Shown: piece after piece, positions 30,041 through 39,437 of the stretch | Numbering within the stretch: the stretch's first letter is position 1 | Layout of the letters: each line of letters starts with the position of its first letter | Source of the DNA: a virus | Lineage: Duplodnaviria; Caudoviricetes | DNA length: 54,230 nucleotides | IMG/VR virus record: IMGVR_UViG_3300047554_000160 | Location: 1 to 54,230 of that record | Direction: 5' to 3' (one strand) | Made by a program: the position numbers and the translations under genes | Notes under the pieces: model-generated | Told to the model about the DNA's origin: nothing | The model's input: only the letters and a program-made list of their open reading frames with translations | Database searches by the model: none

Positions 30041-33000
30041 TTATAGTCCTGCCTGAATATCGCCGGTGTTCTTCAAGCGTAGTGGAATGTAAATGAATTC
30101 AACTGCCTTGACTGGTTCAACTGCAATATCTAACCATAGTTCGCTACGGTCAATTCTTGTTGGTGTGTTGTTTGTTTCATCACATACAACTAAGAAGTCA
30201 TATAGCGCTCTTTGACCTACTAATTCTAATAGGAAACTTTCTGTTGCTTGTTTAATTTCGTTACGAGTAATTCTATCGTTAGGTTCAAATAAGAACGGCT
30301 TAACTAATAGACTTAACTGTCTGCGTAAGTATGCTACTAGACGTGCAACGTTGATACGATCTAATGCACTTGCGTTTCTTGCACGAGTGTATTGACCAAA
30401 ATTAACAATACCTGCACCAGGTATTGTTGCAATTGGATTAACCTTTACACCTGCCATTACATCGCGTAAGCTCTGTGGTAGGCTTGTTGTCTTGAACTCG
30501 CCTTCGCTTGTAATGTAACCAACGCTAGTTGCGTTATCAACTGTTCCACGACGTGTTCCAGCTGGTGCAAACCATTGGAAGCTCTTAGCATCGCTATTAA
30601 CGATTGTGCGTAGCATCATGTGGCTTGGAGGAACAACGATAGCGTTACCTAAGTTGTCATTTGCATAACCGCTTGGATAGAACATAGCCATGTATTCGTC
30701 ATAGCTAACTGCGCCGTCTTCGCCGTTATCAAATGCTAGGGCAGTATTCATACCCCAGTTGTTCAATTCAGTACCAGTTGGTAGTAAGCGGAATGGTGTA
30801 TCACCAACAACAAATGCTGTTAGACCGCGGTCAGTGTTGAATGCAATCATGTTCTGAATTGCTTCTGGATATCCAGGTGTAGCAATCAAGTTAAAGATTA
30901 CGGTATCTGTATCACGGATGCTTTGGTTAGTGTCGATTAAGGCTTTTAGACCTTCGATAACGAAACCTCGCTGTGCGTGACGACCGAAGCTGCCTTGTCC
31001 AGTTGGCTGGTTAGGGCTTACTGTGATCCAACGACTAGCTACATAAGGTGTAGAGCTGTTAGATCCGTCCATTTGTTCGTCATTGTAACGAGCGTTCTTG
31101 CCGTCGTTCGCGTCAATGTTTAAGTGCTCAACTACATATTTCTTAACGTTAAATCCTGAACGACGTAGGTTCCATAGTCTCATACCGCGTGGGTATAATG
31201 CTGGATCTGGTGCGTCTGGATCTAAGTAGTCGCTAGTTAGAAGATCAGTAATATCTGCTGCATCCTCTAATGTGCCTGCGGTGCTCCAACGTGCGTCAGC
31301 AAACAACCATCCTGTAGGTGTTGTTTGATCTGCGGTGTCTTGTGCAACCCACTTGCCGCCTGTGCGTACATATACAGCCTTGCCGTACTCGCTGATATCT
31401 GCTGTGCTGATCCAAATATCGTTATCAACTAAAGGATCACCTGTGCTCTGTGTTGTTGGAGCAACACTAGCAACAATAGGACCGGCCGGATCAGTTAGAG
31501 GATATACATTTCTGTAGCCCATCCAAGTTGTTCCGTTATGAACCATAATATCTACTTCATCAACAACACTGCTGTACCATAGTTGGCCATCGGCTGCGTC
31601 AGTAAATGGAGTCTGTGCCTTAGCTTCATAAACTAATGGCTTCCAGTTACTTGCAAAGAATGTAATGTCTCTGCTGTCGTATGTAGCTTTTGCGTATAGG
31701 TTCTTTGTACCAGACTCTAAACCTGTTTCGCTGTCTCTGCTCCATGCGCTAAATCCTAGTACAGTTGTCAAAGGTGTGCCAGTACCGTTCTTTAGGTTAA
31801 TCTGACCTCCTGCGCTGTGCTGGATAGTTAAACTTGTAGCTGCCCCGCTAGCATTTGTACTTGCTACGCTAGCAGTTACGTATGTCATATTAAGAGCATT
31901 GATCTTGCTGACGATTGTATCAACTGTATCGCCTGCAACCAAACTAACTGTGTATGCACTGCTGTAGTCAGCTGCGCCGTTAGTAGAAGTTGCTAGACCT
32001 TCGCTAATTGTAAAGCTAGAAGTTGTTGTTACAGAAGCTGTAGTTGCAACACTAGTAATCTTAGTTGCGCCAGTTGCATTGCGTCTAAATGCTTTGAAGG
32101 AAACAACTTGCGGTGCTACTGTACTTGTAGAACTTGTACCAGAACCCATTGTGTAGTTCTGTTGAATGTAGATACGTCCTACAGGAATATCACCTGTTGC
32201 ATCAATGCTATTAACCGCAGTTTGATGTTCGTCAAAAATGCTTGTGCTTTGTAGGCTAAATGCTCCCTGGCTAGCACTGTAAAGTTTTACATACCAATCT
32301 GCACCGCTGTTAGGTGTAGTTGTTTTGATATAAACAGAGCCAGTAGGCATATCACCAAAGTCTGGATACTTAGTGTGAGATGCTTGGAATAGTGTTACGC
32401 CTTCGTATGTACCAGCTGTTAAACCGATAGCAGTTAGCATAACTTCTAAGCCGGTGCCTTCTTCGATCTTAATCTTTCCGTCAAGTGTTGAACCGTTGGA
32501 TTTTGCACGAGCATCTGCATATAGTTCTAAGAAACCGCCTGTATTAACGCGGCAACCTACACCGTGTGTTCTCATTGCGGCGTTGATGCTAGATGCAAGA
32601 GCGGATAATGTTGTTCCACTTAGTGTAACAGTTTGTCCGTTGATCAACAATGTGTTGCCGTTGTAGGCTGTTAGGTTAGGGTTAGATGCAGTAGCAACTA
32701 CAACAGGATGGCTTGTTTTCCAGCTTGTGCTAGAGAATGTTGCCGCACTAGCAAATCCTGTTTCGACATCAGATCCAACTACTACCCAGTTTCCGCTGGA
32801 GTTCTTGAACCATAATGTGTTGGAGTTGTCGCTAGTTACAACGATTGCGTATTGTCCGTTAGAACCATAACTTGGCTTAGGTGTTACGCCTAGACCGCTA
32901 ACTGTAGCAGTTGCATAGTTGTCGTTATCAATTACTAAAGGTACTTTGTTAGTAAAGCTATCAGAACTTGTGTTCCACTCAAAAACACCCCACTTGGTAT

Positions 33001-33421
33001 TAGAAGTGTCAATCCAATATGTTCCATCTACAGGCTCGCCTACAGGCATAGTGCTCGATGCAGTTAGTTGGCTTAGATCTAAATCTGCACGAACTACGTA
33101 TGCTCTAGAACTTACTCCTAGTACGGAATAAGCAGCCTGAAGACCGTATTCGTTTTGTTCGCCGCCATGTACTGGATTACCACTGGCATCCTGATAGAAC
33201 AATGGAGTTCCAAAGGTATCAGTTAAATCACGCTGGCTAGTAATCAAATAAACTTGGCCAGCATTTTCAGGCAATGTGCCTGGTGCTGTGCCCGTACCGC
33301 TAGCATTTTGCTTGTTGGCTGCGGTTGCAACAAAAATCATAGGTACAGTGGAAGGTGCTGCCGGTAGGTAGAAACTCTCATCGATAACACTTACTTGTAC
33401 GCCTGGTGAATTTAAAGCCAT
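30041..33421 (-). CDS. Contractile tail sheath protein, gp18-like, enlarged (1126 aa)
   Basis: SPGVQVSVIDES N-terminus; FGTP; WFAPAGTRRG, NPI, SALDRINVARL, FEPND..TR, VCDETNNTP..ID, P.KAVEFIYI. Confidence 0.93.
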   Translation of the reverse strand: MALNSPGVQVSVIDESFYLPAAPSTVPMIFVATAANKQNASGTGTAPGTLPENAGQVYLITSQRDLTDTFGTPLFYQDASGNPVHGGEQNEYGLQAAYSVLGVSSRAYVVRADLDLSQLTASSTMPVGEPVDGTYWIDTSNTKWGVFEWNTSSDSFTNKVPLVIDNDNYATATVSGLGVTPKPSYGSNGQYAIVVTSDNSNTLWFKNSSGNWVVVGSDVETGFASAATFSSTSWKTSHPVVVATASNPNLTAYNGNTLLINGQTVTLSGTTLSALASSINAAMRTHGVGCRVNTGGFLELYADARAKSNGSTLDGKIKIEEGTGLEVMLTAIGLTAGTYEGVTLFQASHTKYPDFGDMPTGSVYIKTTTPNSGADWYVKLYSASQGAFSLQSTSIFDEHQTAVNSIDATGDIPVGRIYIQQNYTMGSGTSSTSTVAPQVVSFKAFRRNATGATKITSVATTASVTTTSSFTISEGLATSTNGAADYSSAYTVSLVAGDTVDTIVSKINALNMTYVTASVASTNASGAATSLTIQHSAGGQINLKNGTGTPLTTVLGFSAWSRDSETGLESGTKNLYAKATYDSRDITFFASNWKPLVYEAKAQTPFTDAADGQLWYSSVVDEVDIMVHNGTTWMGYRNVYPLTDPAGPIVASVAPTTQSTGDPLVDNDIWISTADISEYGKAVYVRTGGKWVAQDTADQTTPTGWLFADARWSTAGTLEDAADITDLLTSDYLDPDAPDPALYPRGMRLWNLRRSGFNVKKYVVEHLNIDANDGKNARYNDEQMDGSNSSTPYVASRWITVSPNQPTGQGSFGRHAQRGFVIEGLKALIDTNQSIRDTDTVIFNLIATPGYPEAIQNMIAFNTDRGLTAFVVGDTPFRLLPTGTELNNWGMNTALAFDNGEDGAVSYDEYMAMFYPSGYANDNLGNAIVVPPSHMMLRTIVNSDAKSFQWFAPAGTRRGTVDNATSVGYITSEGEFKTTSLPQSLRDVMAGVKVNPIATIPGAGIVNFGQYTRARNASALDRINVARLVAYLRRQLSLLVKPFLFEPNDRITRNEIKQATESFLLELVGQRALYDFLVVCDETNNTPTRIDRSELWLDIAVEPVKAVEFIYIPLRLKNTGDIQAGL

Positions 33422-33455
33422 TTGTTAATCTCCCATAAATGGTTTTTCTTTTGTA

Positions 33456-33493
33456 TATTTAGTGGGAATGGATAAAAAATACTGGGTTAAATA
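33456..33493. promoter_or_regulatory. Divergent TAAATA boxes for the sheath (-, 33456-33461) and HNH (+, 33488-33493) genes
   Basis: Same hexamer as at the other late genes. Confidence 0.6.
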
Positions 33494-33523
33494 CAGGATA
33501 AAAGGGAACAAAAAGGGCGGTGT

Positions 33524-33859
33524 ATGCGCGATCTTTGTAAAAAATGTCAAAGAAGGCCAGTAGCTATCAACTATCGTAAGGGTGATAGAGTATTCTACAG
33601 GTCAATGTGCGACCACTGTGCTAAAAGTTATAAGACAGCCCGACCTACTTGGCTAACCAGTGGATACAAAAAGAAAGCCGCATGTGATAGATGCGGCTTT
33701 AAAGGAGAAGACTTAGATCAGTTTGATGTTTATCACATTGACGGAGACCTAAGCAACTGTAAGTATTCTAATCTAAAAACTGTATGCGCTAATTGTCAAA
33801 GGCTGTTGCACAAACTCAAGCTGCCTTGGCGTCGGGGCGATCTGACACCAGATTTTTAA
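33524..33859 (+). CDS. Zn-binding HNH-family endonuclease-like protein
   Basis: CKKC, CDHC, CDRC, YHIDGDLSN...NL.TVCANC. Confidence 0.75.
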   Translation: MRDLCKKCQRRPVAINYRKGDRVFYRSMCDHCAKSYKTARPTWLTSGYKKKAACDRCGFKGEDLDQFDVYHIDGDLSNCKYSNLKTVCANCQRLLHKLKLPWRRGDLTPDF

Positions 33860-34469
33860 TCTGCTCAAATAGATCGTCGATGGTAGTATCGTTAAAAATA
33901 GTATGATCAATATCTCCACCAACCCAACTAGTTTCACTTGCGTGAATACCTAGCTTCTTGATTCGGTCTGTACTAATGAGCCAACTCATGTTTGTATTTC
34001 CTGCGTTCATATTAACAGCATCTTGATACCATTCAGGCTCGTCACCCCGCTTGATACGTACTACAATTCCACCTGCGTTGTGAATAGCTTTAATTTCGTT
34101 AGGAAAGCGTACATCGCTAATAACAATGTTATCGCCTGTTTTACGCATTTTGTTTTCTAGGCTGGCAATCCAAATATCATCATGGAATCCTTTACGTAGA
34201 ACATCTGTGCCCCAATATTGTAAGACCCAACGAGGCGTTAAATTAGGCATAGCTAAACGCTCTGCCCACCAAGTATCTACCTGCTCGCGCCATTCTCGGG
34301 CTTCTTTTGTGCGTCCTTCGAGTAAAGTACGATCCCAGCCAAAAACACAGGCTACTGCATCTTTAAGTGTGTTAGCGAACGAATCTCGTCGGTATCCGTG
34401 AAAATTTACCAAATAATCTGCGGCAGTATCTTTACCTGAACCAATAAAACCGACGAAGCCAACAATCAT
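33816..34469 (-). CDS. Deoxynucleoside monophosphate kinase, T4 gp1-like
   Basis: GFIGSGKDT P-loop, SFA..LK, TPR..LQ..GT, VISDVRFPNE, HASE. Confidence 0.92.
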   Translation of the reverse strand: MIVGFVGFIGSGKDTAADYLVNFHGYRRDSFANTLKDAVACVFGWDRTLLEGRTKEAREWREQVDTWWAERLAMPNLTPRWVLQYWGTDVLRKGFHDDIWIASLENKMRKTGDNIVISDVRFPNEIKAIHNAGGIVVRIKRGDEPEWYQDAVNMNAGNTNMSWLISTDRIKKLGIHASETSWVGGDIDHTIFNDTTIDDLFEQIKNLVSDRPDAKAA

Positions 34470-34491
34470 GAGTATCCCCTTGCGATACTAT

Positions 34492-34520
34492 AATTTATAT
34501 TAGCCGATGACAAATGTCAA
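34492..34520 (-). promoter_or_regulatory. Sigma70-type promoter TTGACA-N17-TAAATT for the dNMP kinase
   Basis: -35 at 34515-34520, -10 at 34492-34497. Confidence 0.65.
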
Positions 34521-35258
34521 TGGGGTTTGGTTATCTTTGTAATTAATTAAATCCAACTCTAAGGCTTCCATTTCAGCCTTGCCCTCTGCTTTTAGAGCAG
34601 TACCGTTCAGACTAGTTCCGCCTTGCGGGCTTGCGATCTGACCGAACTTTTCGCGAGCTTCGCCTAGCATAACCTTACAGTTTGCCAGTGCGTAGTCCTT
34701 GATCCAGATACCGGAGTAAGGATCTTGAATAATAGTAAAATCAGGCTTTTGATTGTACATCCATAATAGTACGTTTTCTTCACCTCTAGGGCGCTGAGAA
34801 ATGCGTAGGCGCTTGCTTGTAGGATTCCAATCGAAGTTAATATAGCTACCAAACATTTTACCAACTTCTTTCTGGTAGCTAGCAAACATATAATAGGTAG
34901 CAATGCCGCCCATTTGTGTGCTGGCCATTAGATACATGTTTGTGTAGGCTAGGTTAAAGGGCTCAAACAGAGTTCCGCCATCTCCGCCACCTGTTCTGCT
35001 ACCAACACTTCTACGGAAAACTTGACGAACTTGCATAACTTCGGGTGCAAGGATGTAATCATTGACGTCTGTTTGCAGGGTTAAAAAGCCGAAACTTTCT
35101 TCAACAGCGTTAGAACTACGCTGTCTATACTTTGCTAGAGCTCGGTCTATGGCAATATTGTAGTGTTTAGCATCGAGTTCAACATCGATCATTCCGTCAC
35201 CTAGCATTGTGCGGATATATTCGACTACGTTTTGCCTTTGGGTGTCAAGTTCGTTCAT
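34500..35258 (-). CDS. Neck protein, T4 gp13-like (start revised to MNELDTQ)
   Basis: YI..MLG...IDVELD..HY..AI..AL; WIKDYALA..K..LGEAR.KF....PQGG..LNG..LK.E. Confidence 0.82.
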   Translation of the reverse strand: MNELDTQRQNVVEYIRTMLGDGMIDVELDAKHYNIAIDRALAKYRQRSSNAVEESFGFLTLQTDVNDYILAPEVMQVRQVFRRSVGSRTGGGDGGTLFEPFNLAYTNMYLMASTQMGGIATYYMFASYQKEVGKMFGSYINFDWNPTSKRLRISQRPRGEENVLLWMYNQKPDFTIIQDPYSGIWIKDYALANCKVMLGEAREKFGQIASPQGGTSLNGTALKAEGKAEMEALELDLINYKDNQTPLTFVIG

Positions 35259-35263
35259 ACCAA

Positions 35264-35279
35264 TATTTAGCAATAAATA
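35264..35279. promoter_or_regulatory. Back-to-back TAAATA boxes in a 28-nt spacer between divergent neck genes
   Basis: CAT(35258)-N5-TATTTA-gcaa-TAAATA-N7-ATG(35287). Confidence 0.75.
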
Positions 35280-35286
35280 TACGACT

Positions 35287-36495
35287 ATGCCAAGACTATC
35301 TCTTTACCGCCCAGAAAAAGGCAATGATTTCCGTATGCTTGATCGTGTTATATACGAGCAGTTTCAAGTGGGCGGCACAGACATTGTTATTCACAAATAC
35401 TTAGGTCCTGTTGATCCTGCAGAAGGTGAAGCAACACCTACTACACCCGTTAATAGTAATCCTATTCCTGAACTAGGAATACAAGATGTACTGTTTATGG
35501 AAAACAGAGATAGAAAATACGAAAAAGATGTATATGTTAGTCGCGGGATCTATACTATGCAGGACTTAGATTTTAACCTGCAACAGTTTGGATTCTTTTT
35601 AACTAATGATAACATTATGATAACTTTCCACCTAAGGGGAATAGTAGAGCTTTTAGGTAGAAAGTTAATGGCAGGAGATGTGCTAGAGCTACCTCACTTA
35701 AAAGATGAGTATGCCTTAGGTGATGATATGGTTGCACTTAAACGTTTTTATGTTGTATCCGATGTTTCTCGTCCTGCAAGCGGTTACAGTCAAACATGGT
35801 ATCCTCATTTGCTTCGTGCTAAGTGCGAGCCGTTAGTAGATGGACAAGAATACAAAGATATTCTTGATCAAGATAGCGGCGACGGAGCAAACAGTCTGCG
35901 CGATATTCTTTCTACTTACAATCAAAATATTGCAATCAACAATCAGATTATTGCACAAGCAGAAGAAGATGCAGGTCTAAGCGGTTACGATACTGAGCAG
36001 TTTTATATTCTTCCTTTAAAAGATGATAATCAAACACTAGATGTACGTGATACAACGGACATGGATGTTGATGCCAGCTACGAAGGAACCGCAGCAGATG
36101 CAAGTTCTATCTTTGTTACACCCGATAAAGATGTTTATATCAGCGCATATCAAGGTGACGGCAAACCGCCTAACGGAGCACCTTACACATTTGGCATAGA
36201 ATATCCTTTCAATCCAGGTATCGGTGCATACCACTTACGCACAGACTATATGCCTAATAGGCTGTTTAGATTTAATGGCAGCGGGTGGGAGTATGTAGAA
36301 AGTAATGTTAGAATGACTCTAACTAATAAACCAGTTGATGGACTTCCTGCACCAGATGCACAAACTCGTCATACACAGATTGGCGGATTTATTAACAATA
36401 ATAATACTGCAACTATTGCTGGCAAAGTTGTAGAAGAGAGACAAAGTTTAAGTAAGGCCTTGAAAAAGCGTCAAGGTCCGGAGGCAGATCTATGA
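35287..36495 (+). CDS. Neck/head-closure protein, gp14-like (start revised to MPRLSLY)
   Basis: E.....G.DI..HKY, D.LF.ENRDRKY, QFG.FL.ND, GD..ELPHL; lies between the gp13- and gp15-like genes. Confidence 0.65.
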   Translation: MPRLSLYRPEKGNDFRMLDRVIYEQFQVGGTDIVIHKYLGPVDPAEGEATPTTPVNSNPIPELGIQDVLFMENRDRKYEKDVYVSRGIYTMQDLDFNLQQFGFFLTNDNIMITFHLRGIVELLGRKLMAGDVLELPHLKDEYALGDDMVALKRFYVVSDVSRPASGYSQTWYPHLLRAKCEPLVDGQEYKDILDQDSGDGANSLRDILSTYNQNIAINNQIIAQAEEDAGLSGYDTEQFYILPLKDDNQTLDVRDTTDMDVDASYEGTAADASSIFVTPDKDVYISAYQGDGKPPNGAPYTFGIEYPFNPGIGAYHLRTDYMPNRLFRFNGSGWEYVESNVRMTLTNKPVDGLPAPDAQTRHTQIGGFINNNNTATIAGKVVEERQSLSKALKKRQGPEADL

Positions 36496-36659
36496 TGGAA
36501 AAATATATGGATGATTTTCAAAACTACAAACGATTCACCAGCAAATGTACCTGCGGTTGCCCAGCGCACTGTGGTCATAGTTGCCAAGACTGCGAATATT
36601 GTGCAGACTGTGAGTGCGAAGAATGTAAGAGGCTAGATCAGGGTCGAGGACAAAACTAA
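36492..36659 (+). CDS. 55-aa Cys/His-rich metallothionein-like peptide (absent from the ORF track)
   Basis: MMEKYMDDFQNYKRFTSKCTCGCPAHCGHSCQDCEYCADCECEECKRLDQGRGQN; ATGA overlap upstream and TAATG overlap downstream fill the gap exactly. Confidence 0.75.
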   Translation: MMEKYMDDFQNYKRFTSKCTCGCPAHCGHSCQDCEYCADCECEECKRLDQGRGQN

Positions 36660-38089
36660 TGGAACATTTTTACGACGGCCAGATTCGCCGTTATATGACT
36701 CAGTTTATGAGGTTGATGAGTAACTTTAGTTACAAAGATGCTAGAGGAAATATTACTCAGATTCCTGTAAGATACGGAGACATGAGCAGGCAAGTTGCCA
36801 GCACACTAAAGAAGAACAGTGAAAACGTTCTTAACTCTGCACCTTTTATTGCCTGCTATATTAAAAGTCTAGATATTGCTAGAGATAGACTACAAGATCC
36901 TACGTTTGTTGGCAAACTGCATATTAGAGAACGACAGTTTGGATATGTTGATGAAAATCCTAACAGCCCTACTTACGGAGAAACTATTCAAGATTATGCA
37001 AATGTTCAGGGTGAGAACTATACTGTTGAAAGACTAATGCCTACTCCTTTTAATTTGCAGTTGGTTGCAGATGTATGGAGCACTAACACTGACCAAAAGC
37101 TACAGATCTTAGAGCAGATTCTTGTATTGTTTCGTCCTGCAATGGAAATACAAACTACCAGCAACTATATTGACTGGACAAGTTTAAGTTACGTTGAACT
37201 GACAGGAATGAACTGGTCTAGCAGAACTATTCCTCAGGGAACAGAAAACGATATAGATATTGCTAGCATGAACTTCCTAACACCTATTTGGTTAAGTCCT
37301 CCTGCTAAGGTTAAGAAGCTGGGTATTATCACTAAGATTATTGCTAACATCTTTGCAGAACAGCAGGGTTCTAGTGCTATGGGGCCGGAGTTCAGTTTTA
37401 CGAATCCTGTATCGCAAGTGTATGTAACGCCTGGAAACTTCTCTATTCTATTAACTAACAACACTGCTAAACTTATGGCATCGTCTGAGAACTTGTTGTC
37501 AGATGAGTTTGATCAAATACCCGTTAAGGCAGGTGTTAAGATTAACTGGAATACCCTGTTAGATATCTATCCTGGCAAGTTTAGAAACGGTCTAAGTCAT
37601 ATTGAACTAACAAAACCAGACGGTGGTAAAATTGTAGGCTATCTAAGTATCAGTCCATTTGACGAAACAGATATGGATGTGCTGAATATTCAGTTTGACG
37701 GCGAAACATTGCTCAATACTGCAATACCTGATCTAACAAACACCAACAGCAGAGGTACAGTTAATGCGGTTGTAAATCCTTTGACTTACAATCCAGGAAC
37801 ACCTGCAGACGATACTCGTTATCTTATTTTAGAAGACATTGCCGCAACAGAAGATGATGGTCCTAATGCTTGGTTAAACAGCGACAATAGCAGTTTTACA
37901 GCCAGTGCTAATGACATTATTCAGTGGGATGGAACACAATGGAATGTAATCTTCAGTTCTGCAGACACTACAGATGTTACCTACATAACTAACTCATACA
38001 CTGGAGTACAATACAAGTGGGACGGCGAACAATGGTCTAAGAGCATCGACGGTATGTACTATCCAGGTGAATGGCGTTTAGTTTTATGA
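36659..38089 (+). CDS. Tail terminator/sheath stabiliser, T4 gp15-like, with C-terminal extension
   Basis: HFYDGQIRRY...F..L.SNF; IPVRYG; MPTPFNL; LQILEQIL..F.P; F..PIWL.PP. Confidence 0.78.
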   Translation: MEHFYDGQIRRYMTQFMRLMSNFSYKDARGNITQIPVRYGDMSRQVASTLKKNSENVLNSAPFIACYIKSLDIARDRLQDPTFVGKLHIRERQFGYVDENPNSPTYGETIQDYANVQGENYTVERLMPTPFNLQLVADVWSTNTDQKLQILEQILVLFRPAMEIQTTSNYIDWTSLSYVELTGMNWSSRTIPQGTENDIDIASMNFLTPIWLSPPAKVKKLGIITKIIANIFAEQQGSSAMGPEFSFTNPVSQVYVTPGNFSILLTNNTAKLMASSENLLSDEFDQIPVKAGVKINWNTLLDIYPGKFRNGLSHIELTKPDGGKIVGYLSISPFDETDMDVLNIQFDGETLLNTAIPDLTNTNSRGTVNAVVNPLTYNPGTPADDTRYLILEDIAATEDDGPNAWLNSDNSSFTASANDIIQWDGTQWNVIFSSADTTDVTYITNSYTGVQYKWDGEQWSKSIDGMYYPGEWRLVL

Positions 38090-38520
38090 GTAAAGAAGAT
38101 ATAGTCTGTAGCGGTGGTTTATTTTTTGCAAGAGATACAAAAAGATTTTTGTTCTTGCTAAGAAATCACGGCAAGACTGCTGGTACTTGGGGTATTGTTG
38201 GTGGCAAAAAAGAACCCGGAGATGTCACTCCTTATGCTGCCCTTGAAAGAGAAATAGTTGAAGAAATCGGTGTTAGTCCTAAGATTAAAAAGACTATACC
38301 TTTGGAACTATTTACTAGCGAAGACCAACGTTTCTTTTTTAACACCTATGTTCTTATAGTTGATAAAGAGTTTATTCCTGTACTCAATGATGAGCATGTA
38401 GGATATGCGTGGTGTGCATTAAATCAATGGCCTAAACCATTACATCAGGGTGTTAAGAGAAGTTTATCAAATAAAACTAACAAAACTAAAATAGAATTGT
38501 TAATAGATATTTTTATTTGA
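38086..38520 (+). CDS. NUDIX hydrolase
   Basis: Nudix box GGKKEPGD....ALEREIVEEIG; LNDEH..YAW; ATGA coupling gives start 38086. Confidence 0.9.
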   Translation: MSKEDIVCSGGLFFARDTKRFLFLLRNHGKTAGTWGIVGGKKEPGDVTPYAALEREIVEEIGVSPKIKKTIPLELFTSEDQRFFFNTYVLIVDKEFIPVLNDEHVGYAWCALNQWPKPLHQGVKRSLSNKTNKTKIELLIDIFI

Positions 38521-38865
38521 TTACCAGGGTCTGTTTAGTTGGACAACAGATGGTTGTTTTTGTTGTTCAATTTGATTGACTAGATTCTGTTTTAAATCAA
38601 CTAGCTGCTCTTCGCCAATAGCAGACTCAACCCATCCTTGAACAACTTCCTGAGTAATTAAATTAAATCTTTTAAAAACTTCAGGATCAGGCTCGCCTAC
38701 TCCGACAGAACTAAAATACTGACTTCCGTGACCTTCACCGTCAGTTGCAGATAAAATGTATTCTACATTGTAGATAACATTAGTCATGCCGTTTAACTCA
38801 GGGTGTGCGGAAAAACGTGGGAATTCCCAAGTAAATGTAATGCCAGGAAATAGTTCGGTGCTCAT
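38521..38865 (-). CDS. Small fibre-associated protein, paralogue 1 (start revised to MSTELF)
   Basis: TFTWE...NV..NV.Y...ATDG; F..F..IT.E.V.GWV; terminal PW; TAAATA-N5-ATG. Confidence 0.65.
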   Translation of the reverse strand: MSTELFPGITFTWEFPRFSAHPELNGMTNVIYNVEYILSATDGEGHGSQYFSSVGVGEPDPEVFKRFNLITQEVVQGWVESAIGEEQLVDLKQNLVNQIEQQKQPSVVQLNRPW

Positions 38866-38873
38866 ATTTTTAT

Positions 38874-39437
38874 TTATCTCCAATGGGGACCTTCATACCA
38901 ACCCGCTAGACTGTGTCTAACTCCTTGTGTAACTGGTGTAACTTCATGAAAAATAATGCTAGGAAATACACAAACTGTACCCCTTGTCCGCATATTTTCT
39001 ATTTTAGGATGTTGCCCTACATCTAGAAACTTTAAGTCCCCGCCTTCGTAAGTTTCAGGATCACTTAGCTGTACTGTAATGCTAAGTTTTCTTTGTGTTT
39101 TTAACGGTCCTAAAAAAACATCTTGATGTCTTTTATAAAATCCGCCTGTTTCGCTATCGTACGTTGCAAATTGAATTGCTGGTAAAAAATTATAATCAAC
39201 TTGAAACCATTCTTGATTAACTTGAGCAACTATTTTGTCGAGTTCGTTAAACAGATGGTTCCATGTACTATTTCTAATAATCGCACGAATAGTACTCTTA
39301 CGCCATTGATTGTCAATTCTTTCACTAGAAGGCCCTAAAGTTGCTTCGTATTCCGGTAACTTTAGGGCCTCTTGAATTATTTGATCACATTGTTCTGGCG
39401 TAAAGTGACTTTTAATATACGCCCACTCACCTATCAT
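38874..39437 (-). CDS. 2OG-Fe(II) oxygenase (PKHD/prolyl-hydroxylase-like)
   Basis: HQD (HxD), RKLS..VQLSDP..YEGG.L, FPS...HEVTPVT.G.R.SL.GW. Confidence 0.9.
   Translation of the reverse strand: MIGEWAYIKSHFTPEQCDQIIQEALKLPEYEATLGPSSERIDNQWRKSTIRAIIRNSTWNHLFNELDKIVAQVNQEWFQVDYNFLPAIQFATYDSETGGFYKRHQDVFLGPLKTQRKLSITVQLSDPETYEGGDLKFLDVGQHPKIENMRTRGTVCVFPSIIFHEVTPVTQGVRHSLAGWYEGPHWR

Noticed and set aside
35209-35286. Overlapping long starts for the two divergent neck genes in the ORF track
   Set aside because: Back-to-back TAAATA boxes and ATGs at 35258 and 35287 give a clean non-overlapping arrangement.
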